This document shows positions 43,537-58,500 of a stretch of 64,000 bases of DNA, piece by piece. Location: assembly GCA_022841565.1 (NCBI GenBank), contig JALHRH010000002.1:8575-72574 (forward strand), given 5' to 3'. Positions within the stretch are counted from its first letter, which is position 1. The number at the start of each line of letters is the position of its first letter. The notes beneath the pieces are model-generated. The model was given only the letters and a program-made list of their open reading frames with translations, did no database searches and was not told where the DNA came from. The translations under genes and the position numbers were made by a program. This stretch comes from Mycobacterium sp. (GTDB lineage: Bacteria; Actinomycetota; Actinomycetes; Mycobacteriales; Mycobacteriaceae).

Positions 43537-46500
43537 GGCCTTGTTCCCCGACCGAGCAAGCCGAGCAACTGCAGGTCGGTCGCATACTTCAGGATGGTCG
43601 ACGGGGAGATGTGCGGGATGTCCGGATTGTTCTTATCGGGCCCGATTTTTGCTTCCTGTACCGCAGCGCGGAATCGCTCGGTCGGAGCGTACGACCCGCG
43701 TGTCGGCCGGAGCGGCGACACCGCTGCGGAACGGCGGGTCACCAACATCGGTAGTACGGAATGCCTGCGTTGCCGCTGCGGCAGCGCGCCCAGGGCCGCC
43801 TCGAATTGGCGCGCCCACTCGCCGAAGTCGGCGATGCGTCGTAGCGGATAGCCCGCCTCGATCAGCCAGTCGACGTACTCGTCAAGTCCGATGCCGTCGT
43901 CGTGGGGATTCATGACGTGGTAAGTCTGAAATCCCGTTACCGAAGAACCGCCGATTTGGGCGCCGAGCGTCGTAATCGCCTCAGCGACAAAAGCGACTGG
44001 CAGTCCGTCGAAATGCGCGCGTTGCCTATTGCCATCAGGGTCGGTCTCGTAGAACGAGGCAGGCGCAATACCGGTGGATAGCAGGCTCAGAACCATCCGG
44101 CTGAAGGTGTCCGACAGGTTGAGTTGTCCCGCGAACGTGGGCTCGGCCAGGATCATGCCGCAGCGGAATACGGTGACCGGAACTCCGCAGAGGTCGTTGG
44201 CCTCACGCAGCAACACCTCGGCGGCCCACTTGCTGTTGGCGTACCCGTTGGCCGGGTCGGCGGTGAGGGCGCGGCTGGGGCTAACGGCTCGGATATCGGC
44301 ATCCTCGATGAATTTCGACGGTTCGACCTGTCGACCGACGTCAGCCGAGGACACGAAGGTATAGGCCTTGAGCTTCGTGGTGACCGCAAGCTTGATGAGT
44401 TCGGCGGTCCCCGCCACGTTGGGTGCGAACAGCTCGCGGTAGGGCAGGACAGCGTTCACCTCCGCCGCCGAATCCACAATCAGGTCAACGGTGTCGGCCA
44501 GCCGCCGCCAGGTGTCCCTGTCCAGCCCGAAGTCGATCTGCGCCTTGTCGCCGGCGAGCACCTCCAGGCGATCAGCGGCCAGATCCTGGTAAATGCGAAC
44601 CAACTGCGGGTCGCCCTTGTCGAAGGTCTCGTCCAGCCGCCGCCGCGCGTCCTGGTCGGATTGCGCCCGCACCAGACAGATCAGTGTGCCGTCGATCAGT
44701 TCCAGCTGCTGCAGCCACTCCAAAAGCAGATATCGTCCGATAAAACCGGTCGCCCCGGTCAGCAGAACGGTCCGCACCTCGGCACTCGGTCCCGGCAGGT
44801 TGGGCGCAGCATGCAGCGTTGCCGCGTCGATGAACTTGTCCAGGGCCAGATCGCGGGCGAATACCTCGGTGCCGGCGGGCCCGTGCACCGCCGCATAACG
44901 TGGATCGCCAGCCGTTTCGGGGCCTACCAGCCCGCTTAGCCCTTTCACCGTTGGTCTATCGAAAAGACTGCGCACGGTGAGCTGGACATTCAAGGCGTCG
45001 TTGATCGCGGCGATTACCCGCATTGCCGAGATACTGTCGCCGCCCAGGTCGAAGAACGATTCCTCGACGCCGACCCGTTGCAGGCCGAGCACATCGGCGT
45101 AGCTGGCCGCCAATACTTCTTCAATTTGGGTAGCAGGGGCGCGGTACCGCTCGGCGTCGTGGTAATCCGGTTGTGGAAGCGCGCGGAAGTCGGCTTTACC
45201 GTTGACTGTCAACGGAATTGCGTCGACGGTGACCACCGCAGTGGGCACCAGGTACGACGGCAGGGCACCGGCCACCTTCGCGCGCACCCGGCTCGGGTCC
45301 GCTGTTCCGGTCACGTAGCCCACCAGGCGGGTGTCCCCGGGGCGGTCTTCGCGGGCGATCACCACCGCTTGATCGACGCCGTCGACGGCGGCGAGCGCCG
45401 CTTGCACCTCACCGAGTTCCACGCGATGGCCGCGGATCTTCACTTGCTCGTCGACCCGCCCGACGTACCTCAACTGCCCGTCGGCACCCCAGTAGGCAAG
45501 GTCCCCGGTGCGGTACATCCGTGTTCCCGACCCGCCAAAGGGGCACGCCACAAACCGCGCAGCCGTCAATATCGTTCGGCGCCAATACCCCACACCGACC
45601 CCCTGCCCGGCGATATACAGCTCCCCCACCACACCCACGGGCGACGGATGCAGCCATTCGTCCAGCACGAACAGCGCCGCTCCCGACACCGGCGTCCCGA
45701 TCGGCGGCACACCGCCGGTCAGCGGCGCACTTCTCGCGGCGTCGACCGTCGTCTCGGTTGGACCGTAGGCGTTGAGCATCAGCCGGCCATCGGCGGCCCA
45801 TCGGTCCACCACTGTGGCCGGGCACGCTTCGCCACCGACTACCAGTGCCAGCGAATCCAGGCCTTGCGGCGAGAGCACCTGGGCCGCAGACGGGCTCAGG
45901 TCAAGCACACTGACCTGCTCGGAGACCAGCAGTTGGTGGAAGTCGGTGGGCGAGGCCAGCACGTCCTCGGGTATCACCACCAGCCGGGCACCACGCAACA
46001 ACGCACCCCAGACCTCCCACACCGAAACGTCGAAGGCGTAGGAATGGCACTGCGCCCACACCCCCGCGCGTAGCAGCGAGTCGTCCAGCGACGCGACCAG
46101 TTGCGTGACGTTGTGATGCGTGATGGCAACGCCTTTGGGTACGCCAGTGGTGCCCGAGGTGTAGATGACATAAGCGATATCCTGCGCCGAGGGTGCCGGC
46201 AAGCCGGTGCTCGGATAGTTCGCGATCCCGGGGTCGTTCATATCGACAACCGTCAGATCGTATGCCTCGAGCCGCTCTGCCAGGCCGGTGACAGCGGCGA
46301 CCGGAGCGGCGTCCTCCAGCATGAACTCAACCCTCGACGCCGGCCACGCCGGGTCGATCGGCAGATAGGCTGCCCCCGTCTTCAGGACAGCTGCTATCGC
46401 CACGACCGCATCGGCAGACCGGCCGAACAGCAGAGCCACACAGGTTCCCAGCCCCGCGCCTCGTTCGATCAGCAGATGCGCCAGGCGATTCGACGCATCG

Positions 46501-49500
46501 TCGAGCTGCCGATAGGTCATGGACCGCCCGTTGCAGGTCAGCGCCTCGGCGTCTGGGTTGTGCGCGACCTGGGTGGTCAGGGCTGCCGGGATCGAGGTGT
46601 GCGTTGGCGCCGGTTTGGTCAACACCGCGTGGTTGCCCCACCGGATGAGTCGGGACAGCTCGGCGGCTTCGAGCAAATGCACCGACGACGCTGCCGCCTT
46701 CGGATCAGCCGTCATGGCCTGCAGGACGCGCTGCAATCGCGTGACCAGAGTTTCGACGGTCGCCGCGTCGAAGACATCGGTGCGGAATTCCACCGAACCA
46801 CCGATGCCCGCGGGTTCACCGGAATCCGTGAATCGTTCGGCGAGGGAAAACGCCAGATCCATTCGGGCCGTTTGGGTATCGGCGGGCAGCGGGTCGATCT
46901 CCAGATCGCCCAGCGGGGAGTCCGGGAGGATGTTGTTCTGCCAGGCCAACAACACTTGGATCAGCGGGTGGTGGCTCAGCGATCGGGTGGGGTTGAGTCG
47001 CTCGACAAGGAGTTCGAAGGGCACGTCCTGGTGTTCGTAGGCGGCCAGGCTACGCTCGCGCACCTGATCCAGTAGTTCAGCAAAGGTCGGATTCCCATCC
47101 AGGGTGACCCGGAGCACCAGGGTGTTGACGAAACATCCCACGAGATCATCCAGTGCGGGATCACTACGTCCGGCGATCGGAAAACCAAACGCCACATCAG
47201 AACTCGCGCTGACCTTGGCCAGCAGCACCGCCAGCGCAACCTGCACCACCATGAAGGGGGTCGCATGGTGCGCACCGGCCAGATCGCGCACCTGCCGCTG
47301 CAGCTGCACCGGCCAGTCCACCGATACACGGCCACCGCGATAGTCGGCGGCTGGCGGGTAGGGGCGATCGGTGGGCAGCTGCACCCGTTCGGGCAGGTCG
47401 GCCAGCGCGTCTTCCCAGAAAACCAGTTGCTGCGCCAGACGGCTGCCAGGGTCCGACGGGTCGCCGAGGCTCTTCCGTTGCCACAGCGTGTAATCGGCAT
47501 ACTGCACCGGCAGCTCTGTCCATTCCGGTGAGCGCGCCGAGCGGCGGGCGGCGTAGGCCACTCCAAGGTCACGCGCCAATGGAGCTAGTGACCAGCCGTC
47601 CCCGGCAATGTGGTGCACCACGATCGCCAGCACGTGCTCATCCGCCGCGACGGTGAAAAGCTGCGCCCGTAGCGGGATCTCGGTTGCCAGATCAAACGCA
47701 TGCCGCCCGGCGGCCGCAATGGCCTCGGCGAGCCGGTCCGCCGACCACTGCGCCGCATCCACAATGCGCCAGCCCACATCGGCGCGGCCGACAGGCAATA
47801 CCACTTGGTGGGCTATCCCGTCAGACATCGCAAATACCGTGCGTAGGCTTTCGTGCCGGGTGACCACGTCGACCAGTGCGGCACCCAGCGCGTTCGCGTC
47901 GAGTCGTCCGCGTAGCCGTAACGCCACCGCCATGTTGTATACCGCTGAGGGACCATGGAATTGGTGCAGGAACCACAAGCGGCTCTGCGCGAACGACAAC
48001 GGAAGCAGCGTAGGCCGCTCGCCGGCGGCCAGCGGCACGTGTCCAACTTCTGAGGAACCGATGCGGGCCGCCAACTGCGTCGGCGTGGGTGCATCGAATA
48101 GGGTGCGCACCCTGAGCTGGGAGTCCAGGACGGTGTTGATGGCGGCGATCACCCGCATCGCCGACAACGAATCCCCACCTAGCTCGAAAAACGAATCGTT
48201 CACGCTGACCAGCTCACAACCCAAGATCCGGGCATAGATACCGGCCACGATCTCCTCAATCGGGGTTGCCGGAGCGCGGTACTGCGCGCGGCGGGTGTAT
48301 CCCGGTGCCGGCAAGGCGCGGGTGTCCAATTTGCCGTTGACCGTCATCGGCATCGCATCAATGGTCACCACCGCGGCGGGGATCATGTACGAGGGCAACC
48401 GATCGGCCAATGCCGCGCGCGCCGCATCGGTATCCACCACACCGGTCACATAACCCACGAGTCGCCTGTCGCCGGGGTTATCCTCGCGGATAATCACCGC
48501 CGCCTGCTCCACATCGGCCAGCGCGGCCAGCGCCGCGCGCACTTCCCCTAATTCGATGCGGTAGCCCCGGATCTTGACCTGCTCGTCAGCCCGGCCAAGA
48601 TATTGCAGCCGCCCGTCAGCGCCCCAGCACACCCGATCCCCGGTCCGGTACATCCGTGACCCGGTCCCGCCGAACGGACATGCCACAAACCGTGACGCCG
48701 TCAGTCCCCGACGACGCCAATACCCGACCGCGACTCCGTCTCCCGCGACATAGAGTTCCCCCACGACCCCGGGCGGCACCGGACGCAACCAGCCATCCAG
48801 CACGAAGAAACCGAGATGGCTCAACGGCGCACCGATAGGGCTGGCCGGGATGTCGGCGTCGGCGGCGCAGATCTGGCGTAGCGACGCGTGCACCGTCGTC
48901 TCGGTGGTGCCGTACAGGTTGAGCAGGCGTGGTGAGCCGGGATGACTACTCAGCCACGTCCGAAGACGTCGGGGTTCGAGCGCTTCCCCGGCGAACAACA
49001 CCGCTTTGAGCTGCAGCCGCCGCCCGAGTGCCGGTGACAGCCCGTCTGCGGATTGCAGCGCGTAGAACGCCGACGGCGTCTGGCTTAACACGGTGACCTG
49101 CTCGGCCACCAACAACGCGTGGAATTCTTCGGGCGCCCGAGTCATTGACTCGGGGACCACGACGAGGCGGGCACCTGACAACAGGGCACCGAAGATCTCG
49201 CACACCGACACGTCGAAGGCCAGCGAATGCCACTGCGACCACACCTGCCCCGCCGGCTCCAGATCGGCAGCAAGCGAGCCGAGCAGCTGTGTGACGTTGT
49301 GGTGAGTGACGGCAACACCTTTCGGGACGCCGGTGGTACCCGAGGTGTAGATGAGGTAGGCGATGTCGTCGCAAGCAGGCGCGGGCAGCACGGTGTCCGG
49401 CACGATGAGGGGCGCCACACACTCATTGATATCGATGACGGGTAAGTCGTGCCCGTTGATCCTTTCGGCCAGTGCCGCGGTGGTCAACGCGGCGACCGGT

Positions 49501-52500
49501 CGAGCGTCCTCAAGCATGAACCCGAGCCGGGCCGTCGGCAGGGCTGGGTCGATCGGCAGATAGGCCGCACCGGTCTTCAACACCCCCACAATCGCCGAAA
49601 TCGCCTGGGCCGAACGTGGAAATAGCAGCGCCACACACGCTCCCGGGCGTGCACCGTAACCGGCGAGCAGGCGCGCCACCCGATTCGCAGCGTCGTCGAC
49701 CTCCCGGTATGTCATCGACTCACCCAGGAAACGCAACGCTACCGCCTCAGGCGTGCGCGCGACCTGAGCGGCCCACAACACCGGAATCGTCGGCGCCGCG
49801 GGCGCCGGCCGACTCAATGCCGCCCGGTTGCCCCACTGCGCAAGCCGAGCATGCTCATCGTCATCAAGAACATCCACCGACGACAACCGTCGACCCGGTT
49901 CGGCAATCATTGCCCGCAATACCCGCTCGAATCCCCCGATGAGTTCGGCGATGTCGGCTGCGTCGAACACGTCGGTGTCGAATTCGACCCGCAATCCGAG
50001 TTCGGCGCCCGGCAGGGCTTGGATGGTTAGCGGATAGTGGTTGTAGTCGTACCGCGACATCTCCGAGATGGCCAACCCGTCCACGTCCGACAGTGCTGCC
50101 GTATCGATCGGAAAGTTCTGAAACACCAACAGCGTGTCAAAGAGTACGTCTTGGCCGGTGATGCGGTGAATTTCATTGAGGGCCAAATGCTGATGCTCAA
50201 GAGTGTCGTTATGCGCACCATGCAGCTGCCTCAGCAGATCCGCGGTGGTGGTCTGCGCCGTGACGGTCGCGCGTACCGGCACAGTGTTGATGAACAGACC
50301 CACCATCGAGTCGGCGCCGACCACCTCGGCCGGCCGCCCCGAGACGGTGGTTCCGAAGGCGATGTCATGGTGACCGGTCAAGCGCATCAGCAGCTGCGAA
50401 AATCCGCCCTGCAGAACGATATTGACGGTAGTGTGGCTGGCGCGCGCCAACTCGTGCAGGGCCTGCGTGGTGGCTGCTGAAACCCGGAACACGATAGCGC
50501 GCCGTGGGCCGAGTCCTGTCCGACCTGGCGGTCCGACCATCGTGGGGGTGTCAAAGCCGCTCAACACCTGCCGCCAGGCTGCCCGGGCGTTCGCCTGGTC
50601 ACGACCGGCCAGCCAGGTCATGAACCGCCGGTAGGCCCCCGCCGCAGGCAACCGCTGACCGTGATAGCTGGCGAAGATCTCCCGCAACAGGATTGGCATC
50701 GACCAGCCATCGACGACGATGTGGTGGTTGGTGAGGACGAACCGGTGCCGGTGCTCGCCGGTTCGGATCAAGACCGCACGGAAGGCCGGCGGATTGGCCA
50801 GGTCGCACACGGCGGCACGCTCGGCGGCACACACCTGCGCGATCTGCTCATCGGACTCAAGCTCAAGGTACTGCCACGGCAGAGCGGGATCGGTAGGGAT
50901 GATCTGCACCGGCAGGTGCTCACAGAAGCGGGCCGCCAACTGTGGATGGCGGGTAACCACAGTCTGTACCGCACCGCGCAGCCGTTCGGGGTCGAGAGCG
51001 CCCGCCACCCCGAAATCCAGCTGCACCGCATAAATGTCGCCACCGGCGGCGCTGGTGTGAAATAGCAGTCCCTGCTGGACCGGGGTCAGCGGCAGTATGT
51101 CAGAGATGGCGTACTGCGCCTGCAGTTCGTCGATCTGTTGCTGGCTCAATCGGGCTGGCGCGATATCCGATGGCGTCAGCCCGCCCCCACCGCGCCGGAC
51201 GTGCTCACAGATGCCACCCAGTGCTTCAAACCACAAGCGGCTCAACTGTTTTACCTGCGCCTCGTCGAGGGCCGAAGGCGCCCACATCCAGTCCGCATGC
51301 AGTTGCGGGCCCACCTCGGTGTCGACGGTGACGGCGTTGACCTCGGCCGTGTGCATCAGCGCGATCGGCAGCCCCGCGTTGCTGTCGGCGAGCCGGGGGC
51401 CCAGCGACCAGCCGCGGCCGGCGGACGGCGCGGCGGCGCCCAGCCGGCCGAGGTAGTTGAACCCGATTGCCGGTTCCGGCCCAACGAGATCGACTTCGGT
51501 ATTGAGATAGCGCAGCAGACCGTACGTCAGGGGATCCGGCATGCTGCGCAGTTGTTCTTTGACGTCCTTGACCACCGCCCCCAGCGCCGGGTGGCCCGCC
51601 ACCACCTGGGTCCAATCCAGTCTGCCGACCGCTAAGGCCACCGGGTATCTCGCGGTGAACCAGCCCACCGTGCGGGACACATCCACCGCAGGTGCGATGT
51701 CGTCGTGGCGTCCGTGTCCCTCGACACCAATCAGCATCGGCGCGGCTGCAACGCCCGCGCATCGGGCGAACTCAGCCCAGGCCAACCCGAATGCGATCAA
51801 CAGAATGTCTTGCACCCCAGCGTGAAACGCTGCGGGCACCGCACCGAGCAACATTCGGGTGGATTCGGTGTTCAACGACACCGACAAGTGCCCGGCCGTG
51901 CCCAGGGTATCCGCCTCGGGGCGCACCCGGGGCAGCATTGCGTGCGCTGCCAGCACTTGCCGCCATGCCTGGGCCGCCTCAACCACCGACGGAGCGTGGG
52001 CACGCTCGTGTAACAGCGCCGCCCACCGCTGAAACGACGTGCCCGCCGGGGGCAGCGCCACCTCGCGCCCGGCGCTCCGCTGCCCCGCTGCGGTGTTGAG
52101 GTCTTCCAACAGGATTCGCCACGACACGCCGTCGACGGCCAGGTGATGAATGACCAGTGCCAACTGGCCGGTCGGCGCACACCATAGCCCGGACACCATC
52201 CGACCGGCCATCGGGTCCAATCCGGACCTGGCTGCAGCCAAGGCCTTCGGCGTCAGCTCCGGAACCCGCTGCAGACAGCTACCGGCATCCACCGCGCCCG
52301 GTTCGGGCACCCACCAGCCCTGGCCGCGCCTCTTCAGCCGCAGCATTGCGTGCCGGTCGAGCAGTGCCTGCAGGATCGCCACGACGTCGGCTTCAGTGAC
52401 CTCAGCCAGCGCCTGAAAAAGCATTGTCTGGTTGAACTGATGCACTGGACCGCCAAGGCTGCCCAACCAGCACATGATCGGGGTGGGCGTCAGATCTCCG

Positions 52501-55500
52501 ATGCCATCGTCAGTGACGTCGGTTCCAGGCAACGCGAGACCCGCGACTCGGGCCACCCCGGCAACAGTCTGCTCAACGAACAAGTCCCGCGGCCTACACA
52601 ACACGCCAGCGGCGCGGGCCCGGGACACAACCTGCATCGCCAGGATGCTGTCGCCACCCAGATCGAAGAACGGCTCGTCCACTCCGACGCGATCCAGCCC
52701 CAGGACCTCGGCGTAGATGACGGCCAGGATCTCCTCGATCGGGCCACCCGGTGCCCGGTAGCGATCGGCATCCTGGTACTCCGGCGCCGGCAGCGCGCGG
52801 GTGTCGAGTTTGCCGTTGACGGTGAGCGGCAACGCATTCAGCGACACCAAGGCGGCCGGCACCAGATACGACGGCAACCGCTGCGTCAGCGTCGCACGCA
52901 CCCGGGCCAGGTCCGGTGATCCGGTGAGGTAACCCACCAACCGCTTGTCGCCGGGACGGTCTTCACGTGCGACCACCACCGCCTGCTCGACGCCGTCGAT
53001 CGCGACCAGCTCCGCCCGGACCTCGCCCAGCTCGATGCGGTAGCCGCGGATTTTGACTTGCTCGTCGGCGCGGCCGAGGTAATCGAGCTGTCCATCAGCG
53101 CGCCAGCGCACGAGATCGCCGGTGCGATACATACGCGAGCCCCGTCCGCCGAACGGGCACGCCACGAATCGGGCCGCGGTCAAACCAGCCCGAAGCCAAT
53201 ACCCGACGCCTACTCCCCGCCCAGCTACATAGAGCTCGCCGACCACACCGACCGGCACCGGACGCAACCAAGTGTCCAGGACGAAAAGTGCCGCGCCCGA
53301 CACCGGGGATCCGACTGGCGGTGGGCTCGAATCCGGCTGCAACGGTCGGCTCATCGCCGCATACACCGTAGTCTCGGTGGGGCCGTAGGCGTTGACGACG
53401 ACCCGGCCGGGCGCCCATCGATCCACCAGCGCGGGCGGGCAGGCCTCACCGCCCACCACCAATGCCGTCAATTCCAGTCCCTCAACATCCAACAGGCTGG
53501 CCGCCGAGGGGGTTTGAGTCAGCACATCGATGCGCTGGGTGATCAGCAGGTCGTGGAAGTCGGTGGGCGACGCTGCCACGTCCTCCCGCACGATCACCAA
53601 CCTGCCGCCCCGCAGCAGCACACCCCAAATCTCCCACACCGAGACGTCGAACGAGTACGAGTGCCATTGCGTTGCCGAAAAGGTAGTTGGCGCAGGGCCA
53701 TTCCGGCTTCGGCGCTCGAAGAACTCCGTCACCCGGAGCAGTTGGGTGACGTTGTGCTGGGTGACCGCGACGCCTTTAGGCACGCCGGTGGTGCCCGAGG
53801 TGTAGATCAGGTAGGCGAGATGGTCGGGAGCCGGCATCGGCCGCGGCGTCACCGGACACGATTGGATGTCCGGGGCGGCAACATCGATGACGGGTCGGCG
53901 GTGCACCGCGACCCGGTCGAGCAACTCCGCGGTGGTGACCACGGCCACCGGTGCGGCGTCGGCGAGCATGAAGCCGATCCGCGACTGCGGCAATGCGGGG
54001 TCGATCGGCAGATAGGCGGCGCCGGCCTTGAGCACTGCCAACATCGCAACGATCGCTTCGGCTGAGCGTGGAAATACCAACGCCACGGTGGTTCCGGGAC
54101 GAGCACCACGAGCGGACAGATAGTGCGCCAATCGGTTTGATGTCTGGTCAAGTTCGCGGTAGGTCCATGAGCGCCGCCCACACGTCAACGCCACTGCCGC
54201 CGGGGTACGGGCCACCTGGGCCGTCCAAGCCTCCGGAATCGACACGGCAGGGGGTGCGGGCTGGGTCAGGACCGCGCGGTTTCCCCAGCGGTTCAGTCGA
54301 ACCTGTTCCCCCGCCGAAACGAGATCTATCGCCGACAACCGACGTTTCGGGTAGGTCGTCACCGCGGTCACCACCGACTGTAGCCATTCGGACAGGGCCT
54401 CAATGGTGTGCGGATCGAACACGTCGGTACGGAACTGGACGGTTCCACCGATCCCGTTGAGCGCACCGTCGTCGGTGAAACGCTCGGCCAGCGAGAATGT
54501 CAAATCCATTCGGGCGGTGTGAGTGTCGACGGGGATCGGTGTAACCCTGAGGTCCCCCAGGACGAGGTTGGGGTCAATGTTGTTCTGCCAGGCCAGCATG
54601 ACTTGGATCAGTGGGTGATGGGTCAGTGACCGGGCCGGATTGACGCGGTCGACGAGCACTTCGAACGGAACGTCCTGATGTTCATAGGCGGCCAGGCTGC
54701 GCTCTCGCACCTGGGCGAGCAGGTCTGCGAAGGTCGGATTGTCGCCGAGGTCGACCCGCAACACCAGGGTGTTGACGAAGAATCCCACCAACGAGTCCAG
54801 AGCAGGGTCACTGCGACCGGCGATCGGAAACCCAACCGCCACATCGCGACTGCCGGTGAGTTTTGACAGCAGCACGGCCAACGCGGCTTGGAGCACCATG
54901 AAGCTGGTCGCGCCGAAGGCCCCGGCAACATCGCGAACTCGCCGCGCGAGTGCGGCCGGCCAGTCCAGGAACATCTTGTCCCCGCGGTTCTCGGCCACCG
55001 GTGGGTAGGGCCGGTCGGTGGGCAGCTCCACATGGGGCGGCAACCCCGCCAGCGCCTGTTCCCAATACCTCACCTGACGGGCCATCGGACTGTCCGCGTC
55101 GGTCAGATCGCCAAGATTGTCGCGCTGCCACAGCGTGTAATCGAGGTATTGAAGTGGCAATTCAGCCCAGCCCGGAGCGTGGCCGGCGCAGCGGGCGGTG
55201 TAGGCCATATTCAGGTCGGCGGCCAGTACGCCGACCGACCAACCGTCTCCGGCGATGTGGTGCACCACCACCACGAGGATGTGCTCATGGTTTGCGACCT
55301 TGAAAAGCGCTGCGCGCAGCGGGAGTTCGACAGCCAGGTCGAAATTGTGGCGGGCGGCGGCGCCGATGGCCTCGGTCAGCCGGATCGCCGACCAGCTGGT
55401 CGCGTCCTCGACGTGCCAGCCGAAGTCCGCGCACCCGACCGGAATGATCTTCTGCCGCGGCATGCCCTCGACCGAACAGAACACCGTACGCAAACTCTCG

Positions 55501-58500
55501 TGACGGCCGACCACGTCGGTCAGCGCCACACCCAATGCATCGATGTCCAGCCGCCCCTGCAGCCGCACCGCGACCGGGATGTTGTAAATCGCCGACGGCC
55601 CTTGGAACTGGTCGATAATCCAGAGCCGGTTCTGCGCAAACGACAACGGAATATCGGCGGATCGCGGGTAGGCCAGCAGCGGCATCGACCGCCCGCCGCC
55701 CGCACCGATTCGGGGCGCCAGCTGCATAATTGCCGGTGCATCGAAGAGGGTGCGGACCGCGAGACCGGCATTGAGCGCACCATTGATCGCGGCGACCACC
55801 CGCATGGCCAACAGCGAATCGCCGCCGAGGTCGAAGAACGACTCGTCGACCCCGACCCGCTCGACAACGAGCACGTGTGCGTAGATGCCGGACAGGATCT
55901 CTTCGATCGGCGTAGCTGGGGCCCGGTAGTGACCGGCGTCGGCATAGCACGGCGCCGGTAAGGCCTTGATGTCGAGTTTGCCGTTGATCGTCAAGGGCAG
56001 CGCGTCCAGCGGGATCACCGCGGCAGGCACCAGGTAGGACGGCAGCCGCTCCGCCAAGGTCGCGCGTATCCCGCGCGGGTTCACGCCCCCGGCGACCGCT
56101 TCGGTGACGTAAGCCACCAGACGCCTGTCGCCGGGTCGGTCCTCGCGGACCAGTACCACCGCCTGGTTCACCGCATCCAGTTCGGCCAGCGCCGCTTGGA
56201 CTTCAGCCGGCTCGATGCGGTACCCACGGACCTTGACCTGCTCGTCCGCGCGGCTTACGTATTGCAGTTGCCCGTCGGCCCGCCAGAACACCACATCGCC
56301 GGTGCGGTACATGCGCGACCCGAGACCTCCGAACGGGCAGGCCACAAACCGCGAAGCGGTCAGACCTGTGCGGCGCAGATACCCGTATCCCACCGCGGCG
56401 CCGGCCACATACAGCTCCCCCGTCACGCCCGGTGCCACCGGGCGCAACCACCCATCGAGCACGAACAATGCCCCGCCGGCCACCGGGGACCCGATCGGCG
56501 GCACTCCCGAACCTGGTGTCAGCGGCGCGCTCAAAGCCGCGTAGATGGTGGTCTCGGTCGGGCCGTACGCGTTAATCATCAACCGCCCCGGCGCCCACCG
56601 ATCCACCACCTCGGCCGGGCAGGGCTCGCCGCCCATCAGCAACGCTGTCGATTCCAGTCCCTCGGGAGTGAACATCCCGATCGCAGAGGGTGTTTGAGTG
56701 AGCACGTTGACATGTTCAGCCAGCAGCAGCTCGCGGAATTCGGTCGGCGAACCGGATAGCTCTTCCGGCACGATGACCAGCCGTCCGCCGCGTAGCAGCG
56801 CACCCCAGATCTCCCACACCGAAAAGTCGAATGCGTACGAATGCCATTGCGACCAAACCTGTTCCGAGGGCGCCGGGAGGCCGGCGTCCAGGGACATGAT
56901 CAACTGCGTCAGATTGCGGTGACTGATGGCCACACCTTTGGGCACGCCCGTGGTGCCGGAGGTGTAGATGATGTAGGCGATATCGTCGGGAGCGGCCACC
57001 GCCCGGGGGTTGGGCGGATGCGACTGCAGGTCAACAGAATCGAGGTCGTTGACGTCGATGAGCGGCATGCCGCGGCTGCCCAGTTTGGTGGCGAAGCGGG
57101 CGTTAATGATGGCCACGGTGGGCGCGGCATCATCAACCATGAAATCCAAGCGCGAGCCGGGTAGCCCCGGATCCAGCGGCAGGTAGGCGGCACCCGCTTT
57201 AAGCACCGCCAGGATGGCGATCACGGCCTGCGCCGAGCGTTCCACCAGCAGCGCCACCACCGCGCCCGGGCCCACCCCATAAGCCGAGAGCCGATGCGCC
57301 AACCGGTTTGATGTCTCGTCGACTTCCCGGTACGTCCACGACCGGTCGCGGTGCGTCAGCGCGACCGCCGTGGGTGCGCGTACCGCCTGAGCCTCCCACG
57401 CCGCTGAAATCGACACCGCGGGCGGCGCCGGTCGGGTCAGCGCCGCGTAGTTGCCCCACCTGACCAGTCGCGCATGCTCACCGTCATTCAGCAGGTCCAG
57501 CGCCGACAACCGTCGTCCCGGATGGGTGGTGACCGCCGACAGCACCATCTCCAGTCGCGCGATCAGCGCCTCGATCGTGGCCGCGTCGAACACATCGGTA
57601 CGGAACTCCACCCGGCCACCGATGCCGTCAAGTTCGCCACCCGGGGTGACGCGTTCGACCAAGAAGAACGCCAGATCCATGCGGGCCGTCTGAGTGTCGA
57701 CCGGCATCGGCGTGATCTGCAGCTCACCCGCGACCAGGCCGACGGTGGGGTCGTTGTTCTGCCAGTTCAACATCACCTGGATCAGGGGGTGGTGGGTCCG
57801 CGATCGGGCAGGATTGAGCCGGTCGACAAGCACCTCGAACGGGACGTCCTGGTGCTCGTAGGCGGCCAGGCTGCGCCGGCGCACCTGGGCGAGCAGCTCA
57901 GTGAAACTCGGGTCGCCCTCGAGGTTGACCCGCAACACCAGGGTGTTGACGAAGAATCCCACCAGGGCATCGAGTGCGGGGTCGTTGCGGCCGGCAATCG
58001 GAAATCCCACCGCCACATCGGAACTGGAGCCCAGCCGCGATAGCAGCACGGCAAGGGCTGCCTGCACAACCATGAAGCTGGTTGCGCTGTGCTGGTGCGC
58101 AAGATCGTGAATTCGCTGCTGCAACCGAGCCGGCCAGTCCACACCGACCTGGTCGCCCCGATGATCGGCAACCGACGGATAGGGCCGATCGGTGGGCAAT
58201 TCCAGCCGCTGAGGCATCCCCGCCAAGGCCTCTTCCCAAAAGGCCACCTGAGCCGCAAGCGGGCTCTGCTCATCGGTCAGATCGCCGAGATTGTCCCGTT
58301 GCCACAAGGTGTAATCGATGTACTGTACCGGCAATTCGGCCCAGTTGGGGGTCTGCCGGGCGCACCGGCTGATGTAGGCCGCAATCAGATCACTCGCCAG
58401 CACACTGATCGACCAGCCGTCTCCGGCGATGTGGTGGACAACAACCACCAGTACATGATTGTGCTCACCGACCCGGAAAAGCTGCGCCCACAGTGGGATT